Shown here: positions 8,934 through 18,940 of the stretch, in pieces
Layout of the letters: each line of letters begins with the position of its first letter
How positions within the stretch are numbered: the stretch's first letter is position 1
DNA from: a virus
Reading direction: 5' to 3' (one strand)
Length of the DNA: 64,000 nt
IMG/VR virus record: IMGVR_UViG_3300020391_000003
Span: 120,325-184,324 of that record
Notes under the pieces: generated by a model
What the model was told of the DNA's origin: nothing
The model's input: the letters and a program-made list of their open reading frames with translations, nothing else
Databases searched by the model: none
Translations under genes and position numbers: made by a program

Positions 8934-9520
8934 ATATTGGATTAGATATAATTAGCGTATTAACTGGTGTTGTTTCGGCTGCTACGGCTGTTTTAGGTAT
9001 GTGGTTAAAAGTAAAGTATGACGAGAGAAAAAGTAAGGAATTTAATTATGATCCATCTGCACATAGCAATGTAGTTGCGGCTTTAGATTTTGTAATGGAT
9101 AACACTGATTGTGATCGAGCATATGTTATGGAATTTCATAATGGAGAGCATTATTTTTCAGGAAGAGGTCAGCAGAAATTGAGCTGTACCTATGAGGTAA
9201 TTAGCGAAGGAATAAGCTCTGAATGTCATTCTATGCAAAATATTAGAATATCAAATTTTCATGCAATGATAAAAGATATAGCAGAAAATAAAACTTTTAT
9301 ATGCGAAGATACAGAAAATTATAATGAGGATATAGCGTTTAAATCATTTTTACAGCAAAAAGGCGTAGAGAGTATGTTTGCTAGGCCAGTAAAAACTTTA
9401 AATGGAAAAATCCTTGGCATTATCTGCTTGGAATATGTCAAAGAAAAGAGATTATGGGGCGTTGAGGTAGAAGACTTTGTAAGAAAACAGGCTCGAGTAA
9501 TTAGCGGCTATTTGATATAA
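8930..9520 (+). CDS. Single-TM protein with GAF-like soluble domain
   Basis: Probable start MNIGLD at 8930 (ATGA overlap); DRAYVMEFHNG and SMFARPVKTLNGKILGIICLEY are GAF-like. Confidence 0.55.
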   Translation: MNIGLDIISVLTGVVSAATAVLGMWLKVKYDERKSKEFNYDPSAHSNVVAALDFVMDNTDCDRAYVMEFHNGEHYFSGRGQQKLSCTYEVISEGISSECHSMQNIRISNFHAMIKDIAENKTFICEDTENYNEDIAFKSFLQQKGVESMFARPVKTLNGKILGIICLEYVKEKRLWGVEVEDFVRKQARVISGYLI

Positions 9521-9539
9521 TTTTATTTTTTATTATAAT
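9512..9539 (+). promoter_or_regulatory. sigma70-like promoter
   Basis: TTGATA, 16 nt, TATAAT; ATG at 9548. Confidence 0.55.
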
Positions 9540-9547
9540 ATATCATT

Positions 9548-9913
9548 ATGGCTTTTTCTTACTGTCCACATTGTGGTTTCAAAAATATGTATTCGATACA
9601 AGCGCCCAAATTTTGTGGCGGTTGTGGCGAAAGTTTAAATGTCTTATCTGCAGCAAAGCAAAAAAAATCTAAGCCTGCTGTAAGATCAAGAGCTCCTCGA
9701 GAACGAATTAAAGAACAATCTTACGATCCAGACGGACTAGATATCTTTGAAGTCCCAGAAATATCTAAATTATCTTATAGTATAGAGGTCGATAAGATTT
9801 CATTTGATCTAAAAGATGTATTGCCCTCTGAAGAAGAATTAGATAACATGAAAAAGTCAGAAACGCAAAAACCCAAAAAATTAGCTAAGCGTGGAAGACC
9901 CAGAAAATCATAA
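9548..9913 (+). CDS. Zinc-ribbon protein
   Basis: CPHCG...FCGGCG double CxxC at the N-terminus. Confidence 0.7.
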   Translation: MAFSYCPHCGFKNMYSIQAPKFCGGCGESLNVLSAAKQKKSKPAVRSRAPRERIKEQSYDPDGLDIFEVPEISKLSYSIEVDKISFDLKDVLPSEEELDNMKKSETQKPKKLAKRGRPRKS

Positions 9914-10634
9914 CTTCTCTTACGAAGACAAGTCTGAAGAAATTGATTTAGAAATAAAAAAGAGGCGAGGAAAATGGTTCCTTGATTCTTTAGCTTGGTT
10001 TGACTTTGAAGATGTTGAGCAAATTATAAAAGCTCATATTTATAAGAAATGGCATCAATGGGATCAGTCGAGGTCATTAAAGCCTTGGATAAATAAAATT
10101 ATCACAAATCAGATGAAAAATATATTGCGCAATAATTACAGTAATTTTGTGCGCCCATGCCTGAATTGTCCGTTTAATCAGTCTTGCGCAACTAAAGGCG
10201 GTGGAGAAGCTTCCTTGTGTGGCTTTACAAAAAGTGGCCTACAAGACTCTACTTGTCCGCTTTATGCAAAATGGGAAAGAACAAAAAAACCAGCTTACGG
10301 AATAAAAATGGCTTTAGCTTTAGAAAATCACTCGCATGAAGTATGCTCTATGCCAGATCAAAATTTTGATATTTTAGAAGCTCAAGATAAGTTGAATCAA
10401 TATATGAAGAAAGATCTTTCATCTAAACAATACCAAGTATATGAATTATTATTTGTAAAACATATGGACGAAGAAGAGGTTGCTAAAAAAATGGGATATA
10501 AAACAAGCGAAAAGGGTAGAAAGGCTGGATACAAGCAAATCAAAAATTTAAAGAAAATATTTAAACAAAAAGCTCAAGAAATATTGAAAAATCAAGACAT
10601 AATTACTGTTAGAGCGGTTACGCCATGGAATTAA
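9891..10634 (+). CDS. Phage RNA polymerase sigma factor (group 4/ECF-like) with a Cys-rich insert
   Basis: Region 2-like DFEDVEQIIKAHIYKKWHQWD..LKPWINKIITNQMKNILR; region 4-like LSSKQYQVYELLFVKHMDEEEVAKKMG HTH. Confidence 0.75.
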   Translation: MEDPENHNFSYEDKSEEIDLEIKKRRGKWFLDSLAWFDFEDVEQIIKAHIYKKWHQWDQSRSLKPWINKIITNQMKNILRNNYSNFVRPCLNCPFNQSCATKGGGEASLCGFTKSGLQDSTCPLYAKWERTKKPAYGIKMALALENHSHEVCSMPDQNFDILEAQDKLNQYMKKDLSSKQYQVYELLFVKHMDEEEVAKKMGYKTSEKGRKAGYKQIKNLKKIFKQKAQEILKNQDIITVRAVTPWN

Positions 10635-11677
10635 GCGAGCAACAAAAACAGATAGTTAGAGAAAATGCTTCCTCGATAAGCGATCTAACAGAACTAACTA
10701 GATTGGCTTTTCCTGATGCAGAAAAGATTGATGGAAGAAGTAAGCAGGGCAGGGCGGTCAGAGAGTTTCTTTTGAATAACGAAATAGAATATGAGACAAA
10801 GCATATATATCCAAAAGAAGATATACAGCTTACGCAAGAGCAAAAAGAATTTATTGATCAGTCTGTTTTAAGCGGAATGACCTGCGCTCAGGCAGCTTCT
10901 GTACTTTTCCCAGATATAAGGGTTACTCATAATGCAAAAGAATATCAAGCTGTATTTGAATACGTTGATACAAATGAAAATATTAAAACACCAGCTTCTG
11001 AGGACGCCATAAACAAAAGATACTCTCCTCCCAAAGCAATAAGTAAAATCATAAAAAAAATAAATGATTATGCTCAAACATCAATAAATGAAGACAAGAT
11101 GACAATCATAGAAAAAAGAGGAGTAGAATCTCTAGGAAACTTTCTATCATCTCCTAGATTTATTCAAATTATAAATAATTATGATAGTCAAGCTGATAGA
11201 GATTTATTTGAAGCAGAATTTGTTAGAGCTACTTGGGATAAGCCAGATTTAACGTCTGATGAAATTAACTTGTATATCAATGTTTGTATAGATTATATTC
11301 ACCTGAAAAATATTCAAAGCGCAATTAACAAATTAAACAGAATGTTTGACGAAGCAGAAGATCAACAAGACTTAACTGTGAGACTTGCAGAACTACTAAA
11401 AACAAAAAGCGAAGAATATAATCAATGTGAAAAACGCATGGAGTCTTTGATTCAAAAGCTTCAGGGAGATAGATCAAAAAGGATATCAAGCAAACAACAA
11501 CAAAACGCTAATATACTAGCTTTAGTTCAATTGTTTCAAGAGGAAGAAGAACGCAAAGTTATGATTAAGATTGCCGAGCTTCAAAAGCAAGCAGCTAGAG
11601 AAGAGGCAGATAAACTAGAATCTATGCCAGACTGGAAAGCTAGGGTATTAGGAATTTCTAAAGAAGATGTCATATAA
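10625..11677 (+). CDS. Hypothetical coiled-coil protein (possible small terminase)
   Basis: Helical, heptad-rich C-terminal half; two genes upstream of TerL; function inferred from position only. Confidence 0.35.
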   Translation: MELSEQQKQIVRENASSISDLTELTRLAFPDAEKIDGRSKQGRAVREFLLNNEIEYETKHIYPKEDIQLTQEQKEFIDQSVLSGMTCAQAASVLFPDIRVTHNAKEYQAVFEYVDTNENIKTPASEDAINKRYSPPKAISKIIKKINDYAQTSINEDKMTIIEKRGVESLGNFLSSPRFIQIINNYDSQADRDLFEAEFVRATWDKPDLTSDEINLYINVCIDYIHLKNIQSAINKLNRMFDEAEDQQDLTVRLAELLKTKSEEYNQCEKRMESLIQKLQGDRSKRISSKQQQNANILALVQLFQEEEERKVMIKIAELQKQAAREEADKLESMPDWKARVLGISKEDVI

Positions 11678-12587
11678 ATGCAAAGTCTGCGAGCAAGTCT
11701 TTGATGAAGAAAAACAACTTCACATGCATTTACGTTCGCATAAATTAATGCTTTCCGAGTATTATCTAAAATATTATCCGAGAAAAAATCTATATACTGG
11801 AGAGCCTTTACCTTTTAAAACTAAAGAACAATATTTCTCAAAAGACTTTTCTCATAGACAACAGTTATTAAATTGGTGCAAAGAAAATGAACCAGAAACT
11901 GTAAAAGAATATATTCTAAAATTACTGCAAAATAGAATACAAAAAAAGAATTTAAAGTATGGCCCATCTCATTTAGAATTGGAGCTTCACGATTTACCAA
12001 CAATAGAAATTTATCAAAAGCATTTTGGATCATATACTGCGGCCTGTAAAGCTGCTGGAGTAAACCCAATGTTTGGATCTCGTTTGCCTGATGAGTGGTC
12101 AAATCGATCTTATAAAAATGTAAAGGTTTTTATTGATACAAGAGAGCAACAGCCTCTAAAGTTTACTAACTCTGAATCGTTAAAGTTGGATTTTGGAGAC
12201 TATGCAGTGGGCAAAGAATATTACGATTATACTTATGTGGATAGAAAGGGAGAACAAGATTTTAAATCAACTTTGAGTAAAAATAATTTAGAAAGATTTA
12301 CTTATGAACTGAAAAGGGCAAGGGATTTCGATAGTTATTTATTTGTTGTTACTGAGGGGAGTATTAGAGATATAGAGAAGCATAATAGGTGGACTCATCA
12401 TACTTCAAATATGAAATATATTTATCATAACATGCGAGAGCTCGCGCACAAGTTTTGTGGAAATTGTCAGTTTATATTTACTAAAAATAGAGAAGAATCC
12501 GAGCATATAATCCCAAAAATACTGGTACTTGGCAAAAGATTATGGGATGTAGATATGCAATATTATATAGATAGAAAGATGATATAA
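11667..12587 (+). CDS. C2H2 zinc-finger + ERCC4/XPF-family nuclease
   Basis: CKVC...HMHLRSH; VFIDTREQQP, GDY, YVDRK..QDF ERCC4 motifs. Confidence 0.75.
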   Translation: MSYKCKVCEQVFDEEKQLHMHLRSHKLMLSEYYLKYYPRKNLYTGEPLPFKTKEQYFSKDFSHRQQLLNWCKENEPETVKEYILKLLQNRIQKKNLKYGPSHLELELHDLPTIEIYQKHFGSYTAACKAAGVNPMFGSRLPDEWSNRSYKNVKVFIDTREQQPLKFTNSESLKLDFGDYAVGKEYYDYTYVDRKGEQDFKSTLSKNNLERFTYELKRARDFDSYLFVVTEGSIRDIEKHNRWTHHTSNMKYIYHNMRELAHKFCGNCQFIFTKNREESEHIIPKILVLGKRLWDVDMQYYIDRKMI

Positions 12588-14458
12588 TGGTTTGGGAAAC
12601 AGGAAATCAATTATCTAGATCTTCTGAGAAAGATTTTAATGAAGAGCTGACAAAAATCAAAGGCTTTATTGACGAAAAAGATGCAAAAATATTACTGTAT
12701 AAATTTTTAAGAGAAAACATAACTTTTACAGCAGACTTAGTAAGCGGAGTAAAACTATTTCCATTTCAGCACATGGCAATTAAATCCATGTTTAATACGG
12801 ATTACTTTATGGGAGTATGGAGTCGAGGTATGAGTAAATCTTTTACCACAGCAATTTTTGCTTATCTGGATGCAATGCTTAATCAAGGAGTTGAGATAGG
12901 TATTTTATCTAAATCATTTCGTCAAGCAAAAATGATATTCAAAAAAATAGAAGATATAGCTTCTAAGCCTGGCGCTGCATATTTGTCTCAATGCATAACT
13001 CATAAATCAAAAAGTAATGATGAATGGCTTCTGGAAATTGGTTCTAGCCGTATTCGTGCATTACCTTTGGGCGATGGAGAAAAACTAAGAGGATTTAGAT
13101 TTCACAGAATCATTATTGATGAGTTCGCATTGATGCCAGAAAGAATATATAATGAGGTTATAATTCCGTTTTTGAGTGTTGTTGAAAATCCAACTCAAAG
13201 AGAAGAGCTTTTTAATGTAGAAACGCAATTGATTAATGACGGTAAAATGAAAGAAGAAGATCGTCATGTTTGGAAAAACAATAAATTGATTGCATTAAGT
13301 TCTGCAAGCTACAAATTTGAATATATGTATAAAGCATACGAGCAATTTGAGCATCTAATTCAGGCAGGAAGCACAAGGCAGAGTGATGCGCATAGAGTTA
13401 TTATGCAATTTAGTTATGATTGCGCTCCAAAGCAACTTTATGATCAAAATCTTTTGGATCAAGCAAAATCAACAATGAGTCAAAGCCAGTTTGATCGAGA
13501 GTTTGGTTCTATATTTACTGATGATAGCAGCGGTTATTTTAAAACTTCCAAAATGGCTTCATGTACTCTTAAAGACGGAGAAACGCCTACTGTAGAAGTT
13601 TGTGGAGAAGTAGGAGCAAAATATATTCTTGCATTTGACCCAAGTTGGGCAGAAAGTGAAAGCAGCGACGATTTTGCAATGATGGTTTTAAAATTAAATG
13701 ACGATAAGAAGATTGGAACAGTTGTTCATAGTTATGCTTTAAGTGGTGCAAATTTAAAGCAACATATATTTTATTTTTATTATTTATTAAAACATTTTAA
13801 TATTGTATCTATCGTTGGAGATTATAATGGAGGTGTTCAGTTTATTAATGCTTGTAATGAAAGTAGTTTATTCAAAAAAAATAAATTAAATATAAAATGT
13901 TTAAATACTAACTTTGATGATATAGAAAATTATCAACAAAAATTAGCAGAAGGAAAAAAAGAATATAATTTAAAAGATAAAACTATTTGTTATTTGAGAA
14001 AACCAACAAGCCAATGGATCAGGGTGGCCAATGAATTGCTGCAAGCAAACTTTGATCATCATAGAATATTTTTTGGTTCCAGGGCAATTGATGATGCATA
14101 CAATGAGCAGCGACAAAAAAAGATACCAATTCAGGATATTAATTTTCTGAGAACATCTCAGAGTTTAGAACGTCAAACTAATGCCGCAAAGATGATTGAT
14201 TTCGTGGAGCATCAGTTTGATATGATGAACTTAATCAAAACACAATGCTCTTTAATTCAAATCACTACATCAGCTGGTGGAACGCAAACATTTGATCTGC
14301 CGCCAACATTAAAAAGACAGACTGGGCCAGAAAAAGCAAGAAAAGATAGTTATTCTGCATTAATACTTGGCAATTGGATGGTTAAGTTGTACTATGATAT
14401 AGTGAACGTAAAAACTGATAATGTTAACTATACCTTTACTCCCATGTTTATAAACTAG
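12587..14458 (+). CDS. terL: Terminase large subunit
   Basis: Walker A-like WSRGMSKS, LRGFRFHRIIIDE Walker B, RNase H-like LAFDPS..SDDFA, late KDSYSAL; upstream of head genes. Confidence 0.9.
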   Translation: MVWETGNQLSRSSEKDFNEELTKIKGFIDEKDAKILLYKFLRENITFTADLVSGVKLFPFQHMAIKSMFNTDYFMGVWSRGMSKSFTTAIFAYLDAMLNQGVEIGILSKSFRQAKMIFKKIEDIASKPGAAYLSQCITHKSKSNDEWLLEIGSSRIRALPLGDGEKLRGFRFHRIIIDEFALMPERIYNEVIIPFLSVVENPTQREELFNVETQLINDGKMKEEDRHVWKNNKLIALSSASYKFEYMYKAYEQFEHLIQAGSTRQSDAHRVIMQFSYDCAPKQLYDQNLLDQAKSTMSQSQFDREFGSIFTDDSSGYFKTSKMASCTLKDGETPTVEVCGEVGAKYILAFDPSWAESESSDDFAMMVLKLNDDKKIGTVVHSYALSGANLKQHIFYFYYLLKHFNIVSIVGDYNGGVQFINACNESSLFKKNKLNIKCLNTNFDDIENYQQKLAEGKKEYNLKDKTICYLRKPTSQWIRVANELLQANFDHHRIFFGSRAIDDAYNEQRQKKIPIQDINFLRTSQSLERQTNAAKMIDFVEHQFDMMNLIKTQCSLIQITTSAGGTQTFDLPPTLKRQTGPEKARKDSYSALILGNWMVKLYYDIVNVKTDNVNYTFTPMFIN

Positions 14459-14475
14459 GTGTACCTTTCTTGTAA

Positions 14476-16095
14476 ATGTCTAAAGAATATAAATATACAA
14501 CAACGTTTGAAAATATAATTTTTGCATCGAGCGATATTGAAGACTCAAATATCAGTCAAGCTTCTTTGGAATCTTTGAGACCTTTGATTCCTGCAAGTAT
14601 TGATTTAGACAAAAATATTGATTTGCTTGGAGTAGCTTTTAATGCTGCAGTTGTAAATAAATTTAATAAAAATGGAGATGGTATTGATAGTGAAGCGGCA
14701 GTTAAAATCAAAGATTATTTTGTTCACAAACCTGCAAACATAGAGCATGATAGAGACAGAATAGTGGGGCACATTGTTTCTGCTGGATTTTCAAAATACT
14801 CTGACTCTTCAGAATTGATGAGCGACGAGGAAGCTTTGGTTGAAGACAAAGCTTATAATATTGCATTGGCTGCAGTAGTTTATCGAACAGCCAGCAAAGA
14901 GTTTGCAGATTTAGTTGTTAATTCGACAGATCCAGACAGCGACTTTTTTGAAAGTGTTTCTGCTAGTTGGGAAGTTGGATTTAATGATTACGTAATTTCA
15001 GTGGGAGGAGATGACTTACATGAGTCTACTATAATTTCTAACCCAGAGGAGGTCAAAGCATACTCTCCTTATTTAAAATCTTTAGGTGGAAAAGGAATGC
15101 TTCAAGACGGAAGAAAAGTAAATCGATTAATAGTTGGAGATATTTATCCACTAGGAATTGGCTTTACTTCTAATCCTGCTGCCGATGTCAAAGGCCTTGT
15201 TGCCGAGAAAGGAGAATCTAAACCAGAACCTTCTGTTAAAAAAGATCCTATCGACAAGTTAATGACAAAAAGCAAAAAAACTTCCCATTCTACTCAAGAA
15301 AATGTACTAAACAAAGAAACCTATCATAATAACATTATGGACAAAGATCAAATCATCAATGAATTCCGAGCAGCTTTAGACGAAAAGCTTGGCAACCAAG
15401 ATTTTTCTGAAGAGAGTGTCGCAAGCATCTCTAAAGTTTTTATCGAGGCTATCCGAGAGAAAGGCGAGCAATATGTCGCCGATCTTGAAAAGGCTAAAGC
15501 TGAAAAAGAAGAAGCTGTTCAGGCTCAAAATTCTCTTCAAGAGAAAATGGGAGAAGTGGAGCAGCAATTACAATCCACGCAAGAAAAACTTTCTGTGTTA
15601 GAAGAAGAAAATTCTGCTAGAGAAGCAGAAATTCGCTTCAACTCACGCATGGAAGCTTTAAACGAAATCTATGACCTTGACGAAGATGATTCCAAAATTG
15701 TGGCTTCTGAAATCAGCGACCTTGACGAAAGCGAAGAAAGCTTTGCAGAATATCAAGAAAAACTCGCTAAAGTCTGGAAGCACAAGAACAAAGAATTTAT
15801 CGCAGCTGAGCAAAAAGCTTTTGAAGATCGTGTGGCTCAAGAAGTTGAGAAACGAATCGCTCAAGCATCAGAATCTCAGCAAGACACAGAAACCGAAGAA
15901 GAACTTGAAGTTGCAGAAGCATCTGCAGAAAAAACTGAAGATGCTGAAGAAGCTGATGCAGTAGAAGAAGCTCTTGAAAGTTTAGAAGTCGAAGAAGCAG
16001 CCGTTGTCAATAACAACGAATCTTCTTCTGATGGAGAATCTTTAAGAGATCGTCTTCAAAAGACTTTCAAGGATTCTGTAAAAATTTCATACTAA
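14476..16095 (+). CDS. Prohead protease / scaffold fusion
   Basis: NKNGD, ANIEHDRDRIVG and SASWE protease-like N-terminal domain; very acidic coiled-coil C-terminal half; precedes capsid genes. Confidence 0.7.
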   Translation: MSKEYKYTTTFENIIFASSDIEDSNISQASLESLRPLIPASIDLDKNIDLLGVAFNAAVVNKFNKNGDGIDSEAAVKIKDYFVHKPANIEHDRDRIVGHIVSAGFSKYSDSSELMSDEEALVEDKAYNIALAAVVYRTASKEFADLVVNSTDPDSDFFESVSASWEVGFNDYVISVGGDDLHESTIISNPEEVKAYSPYLKSLGGKGMLQDGRKVNRLIVGDIYPLGIGFTSNPAADVKGLVAEKGESKPEPSVKKDPIDKLMTKSKKTSHSTQENVLNKETYHNNIMDKDQIINEFRAALDEKLGNQDFSEESVASISKVFIEAIREKGEQYVADLEKAKAEKEEAVQAQNSLQEKMGEVEQQLQSTQEKLSVLEEENSAREAEIRFNSRMEALNEIYDLDEDDSKIVASEISDLDESEESFAEYQEKLAKVWKHKNKEFIAAEQKAFEDRVAQEVEKRIAQASESQQDTETEEELEVAEASAEKTEDAEEADAVEEALESLEVEEAAVVNNNESSSDGESLRDRLQKTFKDSVKISY

Positions 16096-16116
16096 TATAT
16101 ATAGAAGAAAAAAATT

Positions 16117-16740
16117 ATGGCAAAAAGAATACTACCATACCGAGACTACAGCGAACACGACGTCGTTAATCTCTTCGCTCTTGATGTTTCTAGCGCAACC
16201 TTGGCTAACATGGTTCCTGGAGGCTCCGGCGATTTTGATGCAGGCGTAGTGGTCAAAGTAAGTGCGGGCGCACTCCCCGGTGACACACCATCAACACTTG
16301 AAACTTCAGGAAGTCTTAGAGACTATCTTGGAGCAAGTTTTAGTGGTGCACACATCGGATTTAACGCATACCCCTCTAACGGTATGACGGTTGTCCCCGC
16401 TGATGGCTCCGGAGCAACTCTGGGTATCACACTTCGTGAAACCTTAGCGTTCGACGAAAACGGAGAGAAAATGTTATACTACAAGCAAAAGCTTGATGAA
16501 GCACAAGGAGTTCTTCCTGGCGAAACAGTTCCTGTTTTGTGCAAGGGAATGGTTCTTTTGGCTGCATCCGCTTTTACGTCTGCGCCTTCACTAGGAGATG
16601 ACCTCGAGGTTGATTCTAGCTCTGGTAATGCTGGAAAGCTTGTAACCGCATCAACTGGAACTGTTGTAGGAAAAGTTATCGCTACTGGTGTTGACACAAG
16701 CAACTCAGCTGCTAAATTTCTCTGCAAGGTTAGCTTCTAA
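16117..16740 (+). CDS. Capsid decoration/cement protein
   Basis: Gly/Ala/Ser-rich beta protein between protease and MCP; GETVPVLCKG..VVGKVIATG. Confidence 0.55.
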   Translation: MAKRILPYRDYSEHDVVNLFALDVSSATLANMVPGGSGDFDAGVVVKVSAGALPGDTPSTLETSGSLRDYLGASFSGAHIGFNAYPSNGMTVVPADGSGATLGITLRETLAFDENGEKMLYYKQKLDEAQGVLPGETVPVLCKGMVLLAASAFTSAPSLGDDLEVDSSSGNAGKLVTASTGTVVGKVIATGVDTSNSAAKFLCKVSF

Positions 16741-16757
16741 AGAAAGGACTTAATAAA

Positions 16758-17873
16758 ATGAAAATCACTCTAGATAGAACACCCGAGCAAGTCGAGCTTG
16801 TAAAAGCTATGGCTTCCAAGAACAGAGATGTTGCTTATGAAGCTCAAACTGCTTTGGCTGAATTTATTGGCCCAGTTTTGGCAGAAGTTGTTAACGCAGC
16901 TCCCACAGTAAGCAACATGTTTACGTCGCTGCAGTTCAATTCTGATGAAAGCCCAAGCATTCCTTTGGACCTTTATCACGACATTACTGATGAAGATTAC
17001 ATTCAGGTTTGGAGTCAGTCAGTTCCTGGCGGACTTCCCACCAACCAAGTCGCTCCTTCGCAAAGCGAGCTTAAGTTCACAACTTATACTCTCGACAGCG
17101 CTTTGAGCTTCGACAAGCGTTACGCTTCTCGTTCAAGACTTGATGTAGTTAGCAAGACATTTACCCGCATGGCTCAAGAAGTTTTACTTAAGCAAGAAAA
17201 AACTTCTGCTTCCATGATCTTCACCGCATTGGCTAACGCTGAAACAAATAGCGAAAAGCACGTTATTCGTTCTGCTCAAGCTAATCGATTCCTTCTTTCC
17301 GACCTTAACAAGTTGTTTACAAAGGCCAAGCGCATTAATACTGCTTGGACCGGTGGAACACCTGCTGAGCGTCGTGGACGTGGAATCACCGATATTCTCG
17401 TTTCTCCTGAAATCGTAGAAGAAATCCGCGGTTTGGCTTATAACCCAATCAACACTGTTGGTACTGATTCTATTCCTGGAACAGATAGTATGCGTGACGC
17501 TGTTTTCAATAGCGCTGGCATTCCTGAGTTCTATGGCGTATCGATCCAAGAGTATAATGAAATGGGCAATGGTCAAAAATGGAATACTACATTTGATGTA
17601 GCTGCAGGTGATACAGAATATGATGATCACTATGCTACGGCAGCAAGCAAAGACACATTTGATGGCTCTACAGAGCAAATCATCGTTGGTGTTGACCTTA
17701 GCCGCGAATCCATGATTCGTGCAGTAGCTACTGATTCCGAGTCCGGAGACGAGTTCTCTCTCGTAGCCGACGATCAATTCGTAACACGTCAATCCAAGAT
17801 TGGTTACTACGGTTCTCTTGAAGAAGGCCGTATGATCATCGATGATCGCGTGTTGCTTGGTCTTATCGTTTAA
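16758..17873 (+). CDS. Major capsid protein
   Basis: 371 aa; follows protease and decoration genes; strong codon bias; followed by a terminator. Confidence 0.75.
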   Translation: MKITLDRTPEQVELVKAMASKNRDVAYEAQTALAEFIGPVLAEVVNAAPTVSNMFTSLQFNSDESPSIPLDLYHDITDEDYIQVWSQSVPGGLPTNQVAPSQSELKFTTYTLDSALSFDKRYASRSRLDVVSKTFTRMAQEVLLKQEKTSASMIFTALANAETNSEKHVIRSAQANRFLLSDLNKLFTKAKRINTAWTGGTPAERRGRGITDILVSPEIVEEIRGLAYNPINTVGTDSIPGTDSMRDAVFNSAGIPEFYGVSIQEYNEMGNGQKWNTTFDVAAGDTEYDDHYATAASKDTFDGSTEQIIVGVDLSRESMIRAVATDSESGDEFSLVADDQFVTRQSKIGYYGSLEEGRMIIDDRVLLGLIV

Positions 17874-17900
17874 TTTTTTTAAATTAACGTTTTGTAAAGG

Positions 17901-17930
17901 TCCACCTCAGGCAACTGGGGTGGATTTTTT
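17901..17930 (+). terminator. Rho-independent terminator after the MCP gene
   Basis: TCCACCTCAG-GCAA-CTGGGGTGGA hairpin (GNRA loop) followed by a T tract. Confidence 0.9.
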
Positions 17931-17986
17931 ATTTAATTAGTTTATTATATTAGTGTATAACCCATACAAGGCAAAAGGTAAAAATT

Positions 17987-18406
17987 ATGGCAAAAAAGAA
18001 AACTACTACGAGCAAGTCTACTGCTTCTAAAACTGTAAAGGCAAGGAAACAGCCAAAGCTTGAAGATTTACAACAAACAAACGGTAAAAATTATGAGGAT
18101 CAAGTCGCAAAGGCACGCGAGCTTGAAGAAATTTTAGGTATTCCAAAGATTAATCCATTTAGAACTAATGACAAAAGAGTATTCGCAGATATGCTGCAAG
18201 ATATGAACTTAACAGACCTTCAATCATTTGCGGTAAAAGTCGGAGTATTTCCATCTGGAAATAAAACTGTATTAAAAAACAAAATAAAAAGAGCATTTGA
18301 TTCTAGCTTGCACGGAAAAGGAAGCGTTCAAGTAATGGGCGAACCCATCAAGTTAGATCCATCAAATCCAAAGCATAAGCAAGTTATTGATTATTTAAAC
18401 AACTAA
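17987..18406 (+). CDS. Hypothetical protein (head module)
   Basis: 139-aa ORF with basic N-terminal tail; GTGTA at 17953-17957. Confidence 0.6.
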   Translation: MAKKKTTTSKSTASKTVKARKQPKLEDLQQTNGKNYEDQVAKARELEEILGIPKINPFRTNDKRVFADMLQDMNLTDLQSFAVKVGVFPSGNKTVLKNKIKRAFDSSLHGKGSVQVMGEPIKLDPSNPKHKQVIDYLNN

Positions 18407-18407
18407 A

Positions 18408-18926
18408 ATGGCTCACGATATTAATCCAGATACAAATCTCGGTCAACTCGCAGTAAAGATTTACGATCAAGAGTTGGGGTTTGAAGAGCATGGCGATTCT
18501 CGTAATTCAGAGATTGGCTTGATATCTGGTTGGCTCGAAGGTCATCTTGGAGAGTTAAATAATTTAATATTTACTTCTTTTAGCGGAGATAGTCCAGAAA
18601 ATTTAAAGCTAGAAGAGCAATCTATACTGAGAGAGATGTATGTTTCTGAATATAATCGTAAAGCACATAGAAGAACTTTGCGAGGAATTGATGGAACCAC
18701 ACCTGGGCAAGATTTTCAAACAATCAGAGAGGGCGACTCTATGATTCAAAGATCAAATAAAAATGTTACTGCAAAAAATTATTCAGAAGCATATTCTCAA
18801 TCTCAAGCAAGATTAAAAGATCTAATATATGCATATAATTTGCATGCAGCGCAACCAAATCAAGTTGTAGGAAAAGACGCTCCAAATCAAAAGTCTAGCT
18901 CTGGTTTGGATCAATATCTTAATTAA
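18408..18926 (+). CDS. Putative head-completion/adaptor protein
   Basis: Position after the MCP operon; function inferred. Confidence 0.4.
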   Translation: MAHDINPDTNLGQLAVKIYDQELGFEEHGDSRNSEIGLISGWLEGHLGELNNLIFTSFSGDSPENLKLEEQSILREMYVSEYNRKAHRRTLRGIDGTTPGQDFQTIREGDSMIQRSNKNVTAKNYSEAYSQSQARLKDLIYAYNLHAAQPNQVVGKDAPNQKSSSGLDQYLN

Positions 18927-18940
18927 GTGTAAGTATAATT

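Noticed and set aside
15376-17792. Antisense and alternative-frame ORFs over the protease and capsid genes
   Set aside because: Fully overlap well-supported genes and lack motifs or upstream signals; long antisense frames are expected with biased codon usage
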